Positions 26,770 to 39,039 of a stretch of DNA of 64,000 nucleotides are shown here, piece after piece; the first letter of the stretch is position 1, and each line of letters begins with the position of its first letter. Position numbers and translations under genes: made by a program. Below the pieces are notes generated by a model. It saw only the letters and a program-made list of their open reading frames with translations, was not told the origin of the DNA and ran no database searches. The DNA comes from Camelus dromedarius (taxonomy: Eukaryota). The stretch lies in assembly GCF_036321535.1 (NCBI RefSeq), contig NC_087436.1, positions 96,474,001-96,538,000 of the forward strand, read 5' to 3'.

Positions 26770-28947
26770 AACATATCTCAGTGTGTCCCTGATAAGGATG
26801 TTGTATCTTACCCTCAACTAAAGTCCAGAAGCAGTTGCAGAGCTTCACAAAAGTTTATGTAAATTGTGGGTCTGTAATTCCAATTACATCCAATTCCCTT
26901 GGCAACTCCTCCCTCTTTCCTAGTTTATAGAATTTTTATTCAGGGGACAAGGTTATCGTGGCCTTTATCTATACTTCATACCATACTTCATTCCATTTCA
27001 TACTCTTGCTCAAACCTAGTTTGTGACTAAAGAAATAAGGTGGTTATTGAAACTTTGCTGGCACATTTTATGCCCTGGGAAAGAGAACTCAAGTTCACAG
27101 GTGATGCCCTGAGCAGCTTATAAGAGTAAAGTGGGAATGAGGGGTGCAATGAGGCTAATTGGTGGAGGTGAAGGGCAGTCCTAAACATGACTGGATCTCT
27201 CCAGACCATACTCTGTCTTCTGCAACTTATCGAGCAATCAAGCTGATGAACAAGCACCCATATTCACATTGCAGGTGGGAGAAACAGCTCCAAAAATGAG
27301 GACTTGAGAGAAACTCATCCTACTCATCAGGCTACGGTGATTGCTAATCAACCCCGCTCCACCTCCAACAGAATTTCCTTGTTTCTCTTTTTGTTTTATT
27401 CCCATGGTTGCACACATGTGCTGGTACACATGTGGTTCTCCAGTGTTCACCCCCAATCGAATTCCTCCCTATCTACAACTGAACTTTTTTTGAATGACAT
27501 CAAAGGAGGCTCAAACTTCACCATCACATCTCTGCAAGTGCTTCCACTTTCCTATGCACATAGCCTGTCCATTTGCTCACTCACGTTAACCTCAGCTGTT
27601 TCTGACTGGATTCTAACTGAAAGAGGCATGAGTTCCCTCAGCTCTGTAGGAATGTGGATGCTTGAGTTTTGTTAAGTAGGCTTTAGATAACTGAGGAGTT
27701 TCCCCCAAATTTATATAAATTACATTTCTATAATTCCAATGATATGTTATATGCATTTAGAGTAAAGAATTTTGAAAAACATTTCTTGGTGCAGTATTTT
27801 ATTTTATTTATTTTTAGATGTTGTTATATATATAATATATACATTATTCCTTCTTTATTTTTGAAGTTTTAAATTAAGGTATAATTGACATATAGCATTA
27901 TATTAGTTTCAGGTGTACAACATAATGATTCAATATTTGTATACATTGAAATCTGGTGCATTATTTTATAAAATAAATAATTTTTTCATAAAAATGAATA
28001 TCTGCCCCATAATGCATCTCTGCTGTTGGTCTGGATTTTGTGTGTACTTGAAGATGCCATTAACTTTTCAAGCACAAACTCCAGAGCAGAAAAAAAAAAA
28101 ATCTACTTTATTTCTTACTAAAGAAGATTTTAATTTTTATTTCATGTCCTCCAATTCTCCAAAAAGTAAGTTATGGGTTTTGATAGTCAATTCCTGGTTG
28201 TCTCAGTTAATTATTAACTTTATTCCTCATGATGCCAATATTTTGCCTAAATCTTGAGGATCTGGTTTAGTGCCAAGGTATGACAATGAGGATATGGCAG
28301 AGAGAAAGTAAAGAACATCTGGTCCCAAGGCAACCAGGCTGGTGTACCTTGGGACATTCTCAGCAGCCTCTATCCTTCACTTGTTGGTCCATGTGGATTA
28401 CCTCAGTGCCCTCATGATTTCAACCACCAGGCCTTCCAAGGGTCAGGGCTCTCAGCTCTCTAGGCCATAGCCTCATCATTCTTGGCCACATGAGGAAAGT
28501 TCTGTTTCTTCCTGTGCCACATTGGGAAGCAGGAGAACTCTAAGAGGATGATTTAGGTGTGTGTGCCTAACTACTAATCTTACAGTCATTTTCACTTTGA
28601 TGGTTCCCCAGTCATATGGTGTCTTTTCTTCCCCTGCAAGGCAAGGCACAGATTCCAAGCCTCTGCTTTCAATTCTCCAAACCTGCAACCTTATAAAAAT
28701 GAGGATTTAAAAAATCCAACATTCCTAATACATGTAACATGTAATTGGAATTACAGACCCACAACTTACATAAACTTTTGTGAAGCTCCTCAACCGCTTC
28801 TGGACTTCAGGTAAGGGGTAAGACACAGCATCCCTATCAGGGACACACTGAGATATGTTCTCTCTTCTTTCCCTTGGCAACTCCTCCCTCTTTCCTAGTT
28901 GATAGAATTTTTATTCAGGGGACAAGGTTATCGTGGCCTTTATCTAT
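26770..28947. repeat. Paired local duplication: 120-bp inverted copy plus 79-bp direct copy
   Basis: 26770-26889 is the reverse complement of 28739-28859 (about 10 mismatches, 1 indel by hand); 26894-26972 equals 28869-28947 with 1 mismatch. Confidence 0.95.
27803..27953 (-). mobile_element. Very short L1 3' end
   Basis: aattaaggtataattgacatatagcattatattagtttcaggtgtacaacataatgatt; TSD tggtgcagtattttat (27787) / tggtgcattattttat (27954). Confidence 0.8.
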
Positions 28948-30799
28948 TCTCCCAAATGTATTTTTTATGGCATAAACTTTATATCTCAGGTCCTTCAGGG
29001 CTTTGCTTTGATTTTCAGAACATCTTTTCTTTCAAACTAGTGCCTCTGTTGTAAATTTCAAGAGACTTTAGATGATTCGAACATGACAGAGATGACTCCC
29101 TTGTGATCTGTGTTCAGCTGTTAAAATCTACCCTATGGCAAGGGATAGATTAAACATCAATCTAGTTTTGAATGGGGAAGGGCCAGGTGGTCCAAAAAAG
29201 TGCCTTAGGAAGAGACAGGGGGTGTGTGGGACACATTCATTCATATTTTAAACTGTTATTCAGATACACATGCTTTGATTACACATGCACTTTATACTTA
29301 GAAGTCTTCATCATGAAAAGTTTTAGAACCTGTTATACCTCCTGTTTTATTTTATTTTCTTTCTTTCATATCATATGACACAACTCAGGAATCATATTTC
29401 ATTATAAGAATTAACTATTTGATGATGTGCTATTTCTTTAAGTAATGGTTTCTAAATATGCAAATATGCATGGAATTAACCTGCCTTCTGCTCTTTGGAG
29501 CACGCTAAGTAAATTAAAACATCCATCATTATATGACTCCATTTGGAACAGATTGGGGAGAGAAAACATTCATTTCTTTTCTTTTCTTTTCAGTAGTTCT
29601 CCTTCATGCCCTCATCTCTTGATGAAGTATTGAATTTAGCAGTGCATTCTTGTCTCTGAAAACAGTTTTTTTTAAAAATTTTGAAGTCTTAATGAGAAGT
29701 GACAACCTGCTTCCTCATCATGATTCAGTTTTTAGACTATCTAAGGTCTGTTAATTAATTTATTTCCAATGTGATTTTCATCCTTCTTAGCATTTTACTG
29801 ATTATGGATTAATCAACTGCAACATTTCTGCTGAGAGCAAATGTAGCATCAATTCAAATAATTTCTCCTGTGAGAGCTTACCTTTCAATGCTTTCACCCA
29901 TACCCTAATTTCCAGGACACAGAAAAAAGATACTTCAATATTTTTTTGATGTATCAGGGAACCTAATCCTTCCCAGAGCATGTGTTCCCCAATTTGTTCC
30001 TGTCCATCAGCCTTTTTTTTAATCTTCACTTTCCCCTTTGCCAATGTGGACTTAATGTTTGTCACTATAAAGATGCTCTCACTCCCTTGCTCCTTTGTCC
30101 TTTTGTTACACTTGATAGCTAAACCACAAGGTAGGTAAACTTAACCACCTTCTTTCTCTCTGCCTGCACTCAAACAGCTCCAGAAACAAAGTACAATAGC
30201 CATTAGGAAAAGAAACAAACAGCCAGTGTCAAACCAAGGAATGCAAGAGCCATGACCTGGTAGATGAAGCAGTTGGTTTAGATTTCAAAGCCTCACTCAA
30301 CCTCAAGCAATCACAGACAGAGATATTGAGAAGTCCTCTCAATTAGCATATTGGTCCTGAAACAAGCAACCACTGGGTCAGCATAACTTGGGAATCTCTG
30401 TACCTTCCCCTCTTTTTCTGTGAACCTAAAACTGCTTTAAAAACACCAGTAAAACAAAAGCAAATGGATAGACTATTTACTAACCAGTTGTATTCTGGGG
30501 GTGTCCCCATATTGTAAAGAATGTGGGTTGAAAACTAATATTAGCACCACATCATATTAATCTCTAGAGTTTGCAGTTTGCCATATATATTTAGTATATA
30601 TAAATTTAGTAAAGGATACGCAAGCTGCTTACACCTTGTTAACTGTTTCATTTTAATGAAGTTTCTAGTAATTCTTGGAGCTATTTTATTTACGTAAGGC
30701 TCAATCAAGTACACTATGGATGATTTTGCTGAACGTTCCTCAGAATTACTGTTTCCTCCCTTGATAGCAGTGTAGAGCTAGAAGGGAAACCATCTTATC

Positions 30800-31010
30800 T
30801 ATGTGTCTCCAACTTAAATGTCTTTTGGTGCCAGAAGGTAATGATAAGAAAAGCTGATATAAAAGAAAGTATAGGGAGGTAGTAAGGTCTTGGCAGATTG
30901 GGTAGTGCATGTCCTACTTAAAGGAATTTTAAAACAAAACAAAACAAAGAAACAAATAAAACTCATTTGTAGACCTTATTTGGCACACTTGACATCAGTT
31001 TTTGAACCCT
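30800..31010. mobile_element. MER103-like hAT fragment
   Basis: ccaacttaaatgtcttttggtgccagaaggtaa...cagtttttgaaccct. Confidence 0.45.
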
Positions 31011-31079
31011 CCATCTATACCATCTTTTTGATTTTCACAGATAAAAGAATGCTGGTCCAGAGAAATTAAGCTATTTTTC

Positions 31080-31290
31080 AGTATTGGAGTGCTTAACAAT
31101 ACAAGCTCTGGAGTCAGACACCCTATGTTCTATTTCTGTACCACTTAACTAGTCATGTGACTTGGGCAACTCATTTCTCTCTGTGCTTCAGTCTCCCCTT
31201 CTGCATTGCAATGACATCAGTTTATCATTTCTTGGGACTATTTGAGGATTAAGTGGATTTGTATGTGTAAAGCATGAGGAACATTCCTTA
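31080..31290 (+). mobile_element. MIR SINE
   Basis: gctctggagtcagacac...ccacttaactagtcatgtgacttgggcaac. Confidence 0.85.
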
Positions 31291-31585
31291 AGATGGATGG
31301 CACATCCTTTTTGTCTCTTCATTCCTTCCTCAATCCTGCCACCTAGAATGTAGATTCTACCATATTGGACCATGAGGGTGAGGGTCTCAGCCTAGGGGTG
31401 GTAGAGCTGTGAAGAGGAAGAAGCTTTGGTTAAGTAAGATTCCATCGAGTGAAGCTGCCTTGTCAGCCCTAGGTACTGACCTCCAAACTCCGCTTATAGG
31501 AGAGACAAGCTAGCTAACTTCCAACGTGGTTAAGCATGATCCTTTTGGCTTTTCTGTCACTCGTAAAAGAACCTACTATTATTTA
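31290..31585 (+). mobile_element. Old MLT1 LTR fragment
   Basis: ccatattggaccatgagggtgagg...agaggaagaagcttgg-like segment...ttttctgtcactcg. Confidence 0.6.
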
Positions 31586-32337
31586 ATACTCAGGGTATAT
31601 CTTTTCTATCCTGTTATTTTCAACCACCTGTGTGGTCGTTTTAGGTGTGTCTTTTTCCTGTAGCATATAACTAGATTTTGTTTTATATTTCCAGCCTGAT
31701 AATCTTTTTTAATTGGTATGTTTAATTATTATAATTTATTTTAATTATACCCCATAGAATATCTTTCTTACTAATGTTTTTCCAGAACAATTTCCTTAAC
31801 AATGCCTTCTTAGAACAGTCATACTTCTCAATATGAGGCTTTCTGGCTGATGTTTACACATGAAAAATTTATGTTTACATCCAATCTGATACCCCAAATT
31901 TCAACAAATTGCTGTATAAGAAAAGTCATGTGTTATATTCCAAATGCAATAAAAAGAACTTCAGACTCACTTGCAGACATTTTGATAAGTGCACCAATAT
32001 CAACAAAGGGCAAGTGTGACTCAGAATTCCTGGCTTCTGGGAAGACTATGTCACTGGACTTAAAGCAGTTGTTTGCTAACAACCATATTAATTGATGATC
32101 AGGGAGCAATGTATTAAACATTTCATATCCTGTCATAATTTATTAGTTATACAATTGGACATTTTACTATGTTTTAGTTTTATTTTAGAAAAACTGTAAA
32201 TTGGTGAAGAATTTTTAAATTGAAATTTTTAAATTGAAATTGAAACTTCACATTTTCTGCCCCTTAAAATAAAGACAGGTTTGTGGTTAGCACTTTATGT
32301 AGAATATCTGATTTTCAGGACTGAATATTGACTTTAA

Positions 32338-32479
32338 TTTTTAATTAAAAATTTTTTTTTAGGGCATAGGTAATTCAGTTTATTTATTTATTTATTTTTG
32401 ATGGAGGTACTGGGGATTGAACCCAGGACCTTGTGCAAGCTAGGCATACACTCTACCACTGAGCTATACCCTTCCCCCC
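32338..32479 (-). mobile_element. tRNA-derived SINE (camelid Vic-1 type)
   Basis: Reverse complement ggggaagggtatagctcagtggtagag...ggtcctgggttcaatccccagtacctcc with A and B boxes and A-rich tail; TSD aatattgactttaa / aacactgactttaa. Confidence 0.9.
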
Positions 32480-32499
32480 AACACTGACTTTAAGAGAAA

Positions 32500-32834
32500 A
32501 ATGTTTCTATAGGAGCTTTTTTCCTATCACCTTAATTTACATATTCTGTTACCATCCTTTCTGTTTACTACTTTTTTGTCTCCTTCATGTTTTCTGTTGG
32601 ATCATAAATAATTATTTCCTTTTCTTCCTTCTTATGGTTTGTAAGTCATAGACCGTGTTTCTATTTATTTTTGCAATACCCTTACATTTTGAAAATGCTT
32701 ACTTACTCACAATTTTGCATTTTCGTACAACTACTGAAAAGTCAATGACCCAGTACAACTGCCCATTCAACACCTGCTGCATGTTGTTTTTGTTTTCTAG
32801 AATTTTAGTTTTTCTCTTTTTAGTACAAAAAGTA

Positions 32835-32895
<61 letters not shown>

Positions 32896-33830
32896 AATAT
32901 AGCTTTTAAAAGCTGTATTGACCAGTTTTCTGAATTTAGCATTCCCTGGTTTGATTTTGTTCCTCATTCTGGGTCAGTTTTCCTTTAAGTAGACTTTCCC
33001 TTCATGAATTTCTTTTAAAAAGGTATCTGTTAGGTAAATTCTCTTTGCATATTTGCAGTTGAATATGTCCTAATTTTTCTTTTGCTGTTGGTTAACATTA
33101 GGTTACATATCAAATTCAAGGTTGAGTTATTTTTCCTTAGCATGTTGTAGATATATCTCCTTTGTCTTCTGGCATCTGTTGTTGCCAATGTAAATAAAGT
33201 CTGTTGTCAATCTGATTGCCTTTTTTTGTTTGTTTGTTTGTTTTGAGGGTAATCTCTCTTTTCCCTCTGGTAACTTTTCAGATTCCTGCCCTGTTTCTTT
33301 GATTTCTGTAGTGTCAGTAAAAGAGATCAGCAAGATAGTTCTAGGTATAGATTTATTTTTGTTTTTCCTTTATTTTAATTGTTTCCTGCTCTGTAATCAT
33401 GTTGTACTTTGGATTTAAGGACTTATGTCTTTAACTGTGAAAATTTCCTTTAAACATTTTTTCAAGTATTGTGTTTTTTCCTACTCCCTCTGTTTTCTTC
33501 TGGATCTGCCATTAATGTCTTGCCTATCCTCCCTGACTCCTAATTCCTATCATATTTTAAATTTATTTATCTCTTTTTGATGCATGATGCATTATGGGTA
33601 AAACTGTCATCAACACCTTCCAATTCCCTAATTCATTTTTTGTTTCCAGCTTAGAGTTTATCCTATCTAATAAATATTAAAATTTTAATGATGGTTTTTC
33701 TGTTTCCAAATTTTCCAATTTCTTTCATATTATCTCTATGTTTCTCCTTTTCTGGTAAGTATTTTTTCTTCAGTGTTAGTGAATATTATTCCTTTATTCA
33801 TCTCTTTGAGCTTCTTAAACATAACTAAGG
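32500..33830 (-). mobile_element. Old L1M fragments (ORF1/ORF2 junction region)
   Basis: ORF 33127-33333 contains KKAIRLTTDF, typical of L1 ORF1; ctttgtcttctggcatctgttgttgc. Confidence 0.6.
32836..32891. repeat. (TA)n microsatellite
   Basis: Direct reading. Confidence 0.97.
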
Positions 33831-34319
33831 TAATTCAGTGTATAAAATAAGTATGTTTTGACATGAATACAATCCCACTTCAATAAATGCATGTATGTAC
33901 ATGTACACATATTATCAAAGAACACAAATATTTATGAAATTTTTTAATGAAGTTTATCTAAATGAAGTTCATTTAAATCACTCAAGTTTTGCCTCTAGTT
34001 CTAGGCAGGGCTAATATGTGTCTGTATGGCTAGTGTCCTGATGTGTTATTTCATGCTTGTGCTATACTTGTTGCTATATATTTTGAATATCCCTCTGGCT
34101 TTAGGTATAACAACAGGCTCATAGTAGAAGCTGAGCATTTTCTCAAAGGCAGAATGAACCGCAACAGCAAAGAAGAAAAAGAAGCTAGAGAACGATGTAC
34201 CATATAATGGCCAACTACCACTAAGGCAAAGCTGACCCACACTCCGGAATTCACAGCTACCTTATTGATAATACTTACTTAGAAAAAGCCTGAATTCAGC
34301 CATGGAATTTTTTTTTCTA

Positions 34320-34530
34320 GAAGAGGAAGTATTATAAAGAACCATACAATATTAGAATTGAGGAGGATCACATAGTCCACCAAGTAAGATCCTCCCATTT
34401 TTAGAAAAGAAGAAATTGAGAAACAGAGGAGTTAACTTGCCAAGATCTTCTGGCTAGAGAATATTCAGAGCCAGATACATGGCCCGTTTCCTCTGACCCC
34501 TAATCCAGTAATCTTCTCGTTTCATGATTG
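34320..34530 (-). mobile_element. MIR-family SINE
   Basis: cctcccatttttagaaaagaagaaattgagaaacagaggagttaacttgccaag. Confidence 0.7.
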
Positions 34531-36217
34531 CCTTGATTCCCAGAAGATTACAGCTTCTCTAGCATTTTTTTAAAATAAAATTCTGACATATACCAGCCAA
34601 ACTATTCAAATATGTCAACTTCTGCTCATCCTCACTTAGCCAGATTTTTCACTAATTTTATCTCACTTGAAGGAAATATGAGAAGTACTCCCTTTTAGCA
34701 TGTAAACCAGCAAGATCAATTCCCAAAAGCAGTTGTTTGGTTTCAGATGCTTTAATTAGCAAAGTGATTTTTTGGTATTGTTTTTCACCACAGTGTTATT
34801 CTCAAAATAGTTTTAAGCATAACATGCTTGTTTTCTAAAAATATTGAGGGCATGTGGAAAACTTCTTTTAATTTAGCCTCAATATCTTCTTATCTCTCTA
34901 ACAAAGGTCAGTTTCTAACCAATTAAATCTTAAAATATAGGTAATACCTCTTTGCATAATCTTTTATGCTGTTTTACTAAAATAAAAACTTCTATGATTA
35001 AACTAATATTTAAATAACTAAAATGCAGTCTTTATATATATATTCCACATATCTCTTCCTTTTTAAAAATATATATTTGAACATACAGTTTTACTTTTCA
35101 ACAGCTAAGACCCCCCTCAGAATTTGTTTAGTGTCTATTATGATGATTGTTGTGAATAATTATTCTATATTGAGGGTCTACCAAGTGTCAAATTCAGACT
35201 TTTACTGAATAAGGTGAAATACCTTATACATTTCTCACAGCATTATTGTTCCCGTGCCTTGTATAGGACATGGGAAACTGAGGAACACAGAGTGAAGAAA
35301 TTTTCCCAAGGAAATTGCTATAATTGATATAATATGATATAAAATTGATATACTATGAGATATACCCCATCTGTATATTTCCAGTGTTTCATTTCTTTAC
35401 TAATATAGAAATGGGTAAAATATATAAATATAAATATATAAAATATCCAATGCTATCATCTTCCTCTTTTCCTTTTTCTATAGATCTTTTTAGTTTATTC
35501 TAATTGTTCTCATATTTTTTCTAATTTCCACCTGTCTTTTTTCATGATTCACTAATTAAATCTCCCCTTCCTAAGTCTCTTAACATTTTATTTACTCTCC
35601 TCATTATTTACGCAAAATGTGGCTACATTAAACTATGCCATGACAATAAGACAAACTTAAAAATAAGAACAGGAATATTAGATATTGAACTATGGAGTCA
35701 GTTCTACAGTTTACATTGTTTGCATTAATTTCCCGTAGATACCTGGTAGATTGCTCCCTTTATTCCTTCAAGTTTCTGTCCAAATGCTACTTTATCAAAG
35801 AGGATTCTCTTTTATTTTATTGATATATAATTAAACTACCATAAACTTTACCATTTTAAAGTGTACAATTCAATGATTTTAGTATATTCAAAAGCTTGTG
35901 CAACCAACATTACCATCTAATTCCAGAACATTTTCATCACTCCAAAAAGAAACCCCATACCCATAGAGCAGTCACTTACCCTTCTCCTATCCCTCCAGCC
36001 CCTGGAAAACCCTAATCTACTTTCCTCTCTTTGAATTTGCCTGTTCTGGACCTTTCATAAAACAGAGCCATACAACATGTAGCCTTTTGTATCTGACTTC
36101 TTTTACTTTTCATTATGTTTCAAGGATCATCCATGCTGTAGCATGCTTGTCATTCTTTTTTTTTAATGTTTGAGTAATATTCCATTGTATGATTATACTA
36201 TGTTTTGTATATCAATT

Positions 36218-36818
36218 TGTTAGGCAGTTAGATAGAAATGAGCACTGGGCAAGGGTGGAGGAGGTGGAGGGAGCAACCCAGAAAATAACAAATGCCTGTG
36301 CTCAGGATAAGGGGCTCCAAAAACATGTACTTTATCTAAATGAAGGCCAGCAAAGAAGCTGGCTAGAATCGAACTCTGCGGCTGCACAGTAGAGAGAAGG
36401 ACCCATTTTAACTTGACCCAATGCTCATTATAATGTAATTAACATTACAGTTTGAGCCCTCTCTGATAGGTTTCTCTGTGTGTATCACCGGTACAAATAC
36501 ACATAAAAGAGATGGGCATGCCTGAGCACAATGAACATGAGCTGTCAATCACCCTGAGCACTCAAAGAATGTAAGCTATCAATTATGAAGATGCCCCCTA
36601 AGCCAGGATATAAGAACATGACAAACAAAGGAGTGGCACAAATTTTCCTCTTGGATTGGCCCGCCACCAATTCCTGGGGGTGAACTATATTTTACTACCT
36701 TTTTACTTCACTAATAAAATCTTCTGTTTATATCATGCTCTCTGTCTCTTGTTAGAAATTCACTTTTTTTGGGTGACTAAGAACTAAGGTAACTTTTATT
36801 CCCCTCCTCCTGGTAACA
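36218..36818 (+). mobile_element. ERV solo LTR (601 bp), probably class I
   Basis: tgtta...taaca termini, TATA-like gatataagaa at about 36607, aataaa at about 36713, 4-bp TSD aatt/catt; L1 sequence resumes after it. Confidence 0.85.
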
Positions 36819-37740
36819 CATTCATTAGTTGACAGACATTTGGTTTGTTCCCCTTTTTAGTGATTATGAATAATGCTTCTATGAACATTCATGTTCAAGT
36901 TTTTGTGTGAACATATGTTTTCAATTCTCTGGTGGTAATATCCAGGAGAGGACTATCTGAGCTTCTTGCTAAGTCTATGTTTAACTTTTTGAGGAACTTC
37001 CAAACTCTGCTCCAAAGTGTCTGCACCATTTTGCGTTTGACCCAGCAATGTATAAGGGTTCCCATTTCTCAACATCCTTGCCATTACTTGTCTTTTTGAT
37101 TATACCCATCTTAGTGGTATTTAGTGGTATCTCATTGTGGTTTTGATTTGCATTTCACTAATTTCCTAGATGACATTGGGAATCTTTTCATATGCTTTTT
37201 GGCCATTTGTATTTCTTCTTTGCAGAAAAATCTATTCAAATCCTAGGACTATTTTACCATCTTTTTTTTTTTTTTGGTTGTTGAGTTTTAAAAATACGTT
37301 CTAGATTCTAGACTCTTATCAGATACACAACTTGCAAATATTAAAAAAATAGATAAATTGTATGTCATTAAGCTTTAAAACTTTTGTGCCTTAAAGGACA
37401 GTATACACCATATTTTTTGGTGGTTATTTGTGCTTTGGTGTCATTCTAAGAAACTGTTGCCTAAAGTCACAAAGATTTACACCTATATTTTCTTCTATGA
37501 GTTTTGTAGTTTTATCTTGTACATTTGAGTTTTTGATCCATTTTGAGTTAATATTTGTATATCCTACTTCCTTGTTGATCTTCTGTCTACCTCTTTTATC
37601 CATTATTGAAAGTCAGGTGCTTAAGTCTCCAACTGTTCTTGTTGCATTGTCTATCTCTTCTTTCAGTTCAGTCAGTATTTGCTTTATATATTTTGGGTCT
37701 CTGTTGTCAGGGCCATATAGTTTTATATTTGCTACATTTT

Positions 37741-37830
37741 TTTCTATTTTTTTGAAATAGAGGTCCTGGGGATTGAACCAAGGACCTGATGTGCACTAAG
37801 CACTCACTGTACCACTGAGCTGGACCCCCC
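37741..37830 (-). mobile_element. tRNA-derived SINE (Vic-1 type), more diverged copy
   Basis: gaggtcctggggattgaaccaaggacc...accactgagctggacccccc; TSD ttgctacattt / ttgttacactt. Confidence 0.85.
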
Positions 37831-39039
37831 ATTGTTACACTTTACGAACTGATGCTTTTAGCATTATAAAATGTACTTTTTTTTTTGGTCTTAAGTGACA
37901 ATTTTGGTCTTAAGGTGTATATTGTCTTTTATTAGTTGGTCGGCACAGCTCTTTTGATTGCTTCATACATGGTATGGCTTTTTCTACCCTTTTAGTTTCA
38001 ACCAATTTGTGCCTTTTTAGTATAAAATGCATCCTCTGTAGATGGAATATAGTTGGTTCATTATGTTTTGTCCATCCTACCAGTGTCTGCTGGAGTGTTT
38101 AATACCTTTACACTTAATGTAATTACTGATAAGTAAGATTTATGTCTGTTATTTTCCTATTTTTTTCTATGTTTTATGCCTTTTTTCTCCTTGATATTCT
38201 GTTACTGATTTCTTTTGTGTTAATTAGATATTTTCTAGTACACCATTAAATTTCCTGTTATTTCTTTTATTATATATTTGAGTTATTTTCTTAGTGCTTC
38301 CTTGATAATTATAATTAAAATTTTTATTTACAATATAGTTCAGATTATATCAACTTAATTTTAGTAGTGTAGAAACCTTGCACCTATATAGCCCCACTCC
38401 TTCCCCCTCTTCTTTGTATTACTATTGTCGTATATATTACATCTTTAAACACTGTATCCATATCAACACAATATAATTACTGCTTAATGCAGTTTAAAAA
38501 ATCATTTAGGAGGGGAAAAAGAATAATTAACAAAAATATACTTTCATACTGAATTTTACATTTGCTTATAAAATTACCTTTACCGATGCTCTTTATTTTT
38601 TCATGTGGATTCATATTACTATGTAATTTTTTTTAAACTCAGCCTGAAGGACTCCCTTTAGTACTTTTTATAGGGCTGGTCTGCTAGTGAAAAATTAGCT
38701 CAAGTTTTTGTTTGCCTAGGAACATTTTAATTTCATCTCCATTTTAAAGAATAATTTTCTGGATATAAAATTATTGATTTTTTTCTTTCACCACTTTGAA
38801 TATCATCTCACTGCCTTCTGCCTCCGTGATTTTGATGAGAAATTAGCTGTTAATCTTAGTGAGGATTCCTTGTAGATGATAAGTCACCTCTTTCTTGCTG
38901 CTTTCAAGATTCTTTCTTTGGCTTTTGACAGCTTGATTATAATTCATCTAGGTGTGAATCTCTTAAAGTTTATCCTACTTGGGAGTTCATTGACCTTCCT
39001 TGATGTATAGATTAATTTTTTTTACAAACAAAATTTGTG

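Larger units (their letters stand above)
35810..39030 (-). mobile_element. Old L1 (L1MB-like), internally deleted, with LTR and SINE insertions
   Basis: Antisense 3'UTR from 35810 and ORF2 end to about 37560, then a jump to endonuclease-region and ORF1 sequence. Confidence 0.85.

Noticed and set aside
32400..32479. tRNA gene (also 37760-37830)
   Set aside because: A-rich tail, TSD and a degenerate cloverleaf indicate tRNA-derived SINEs.
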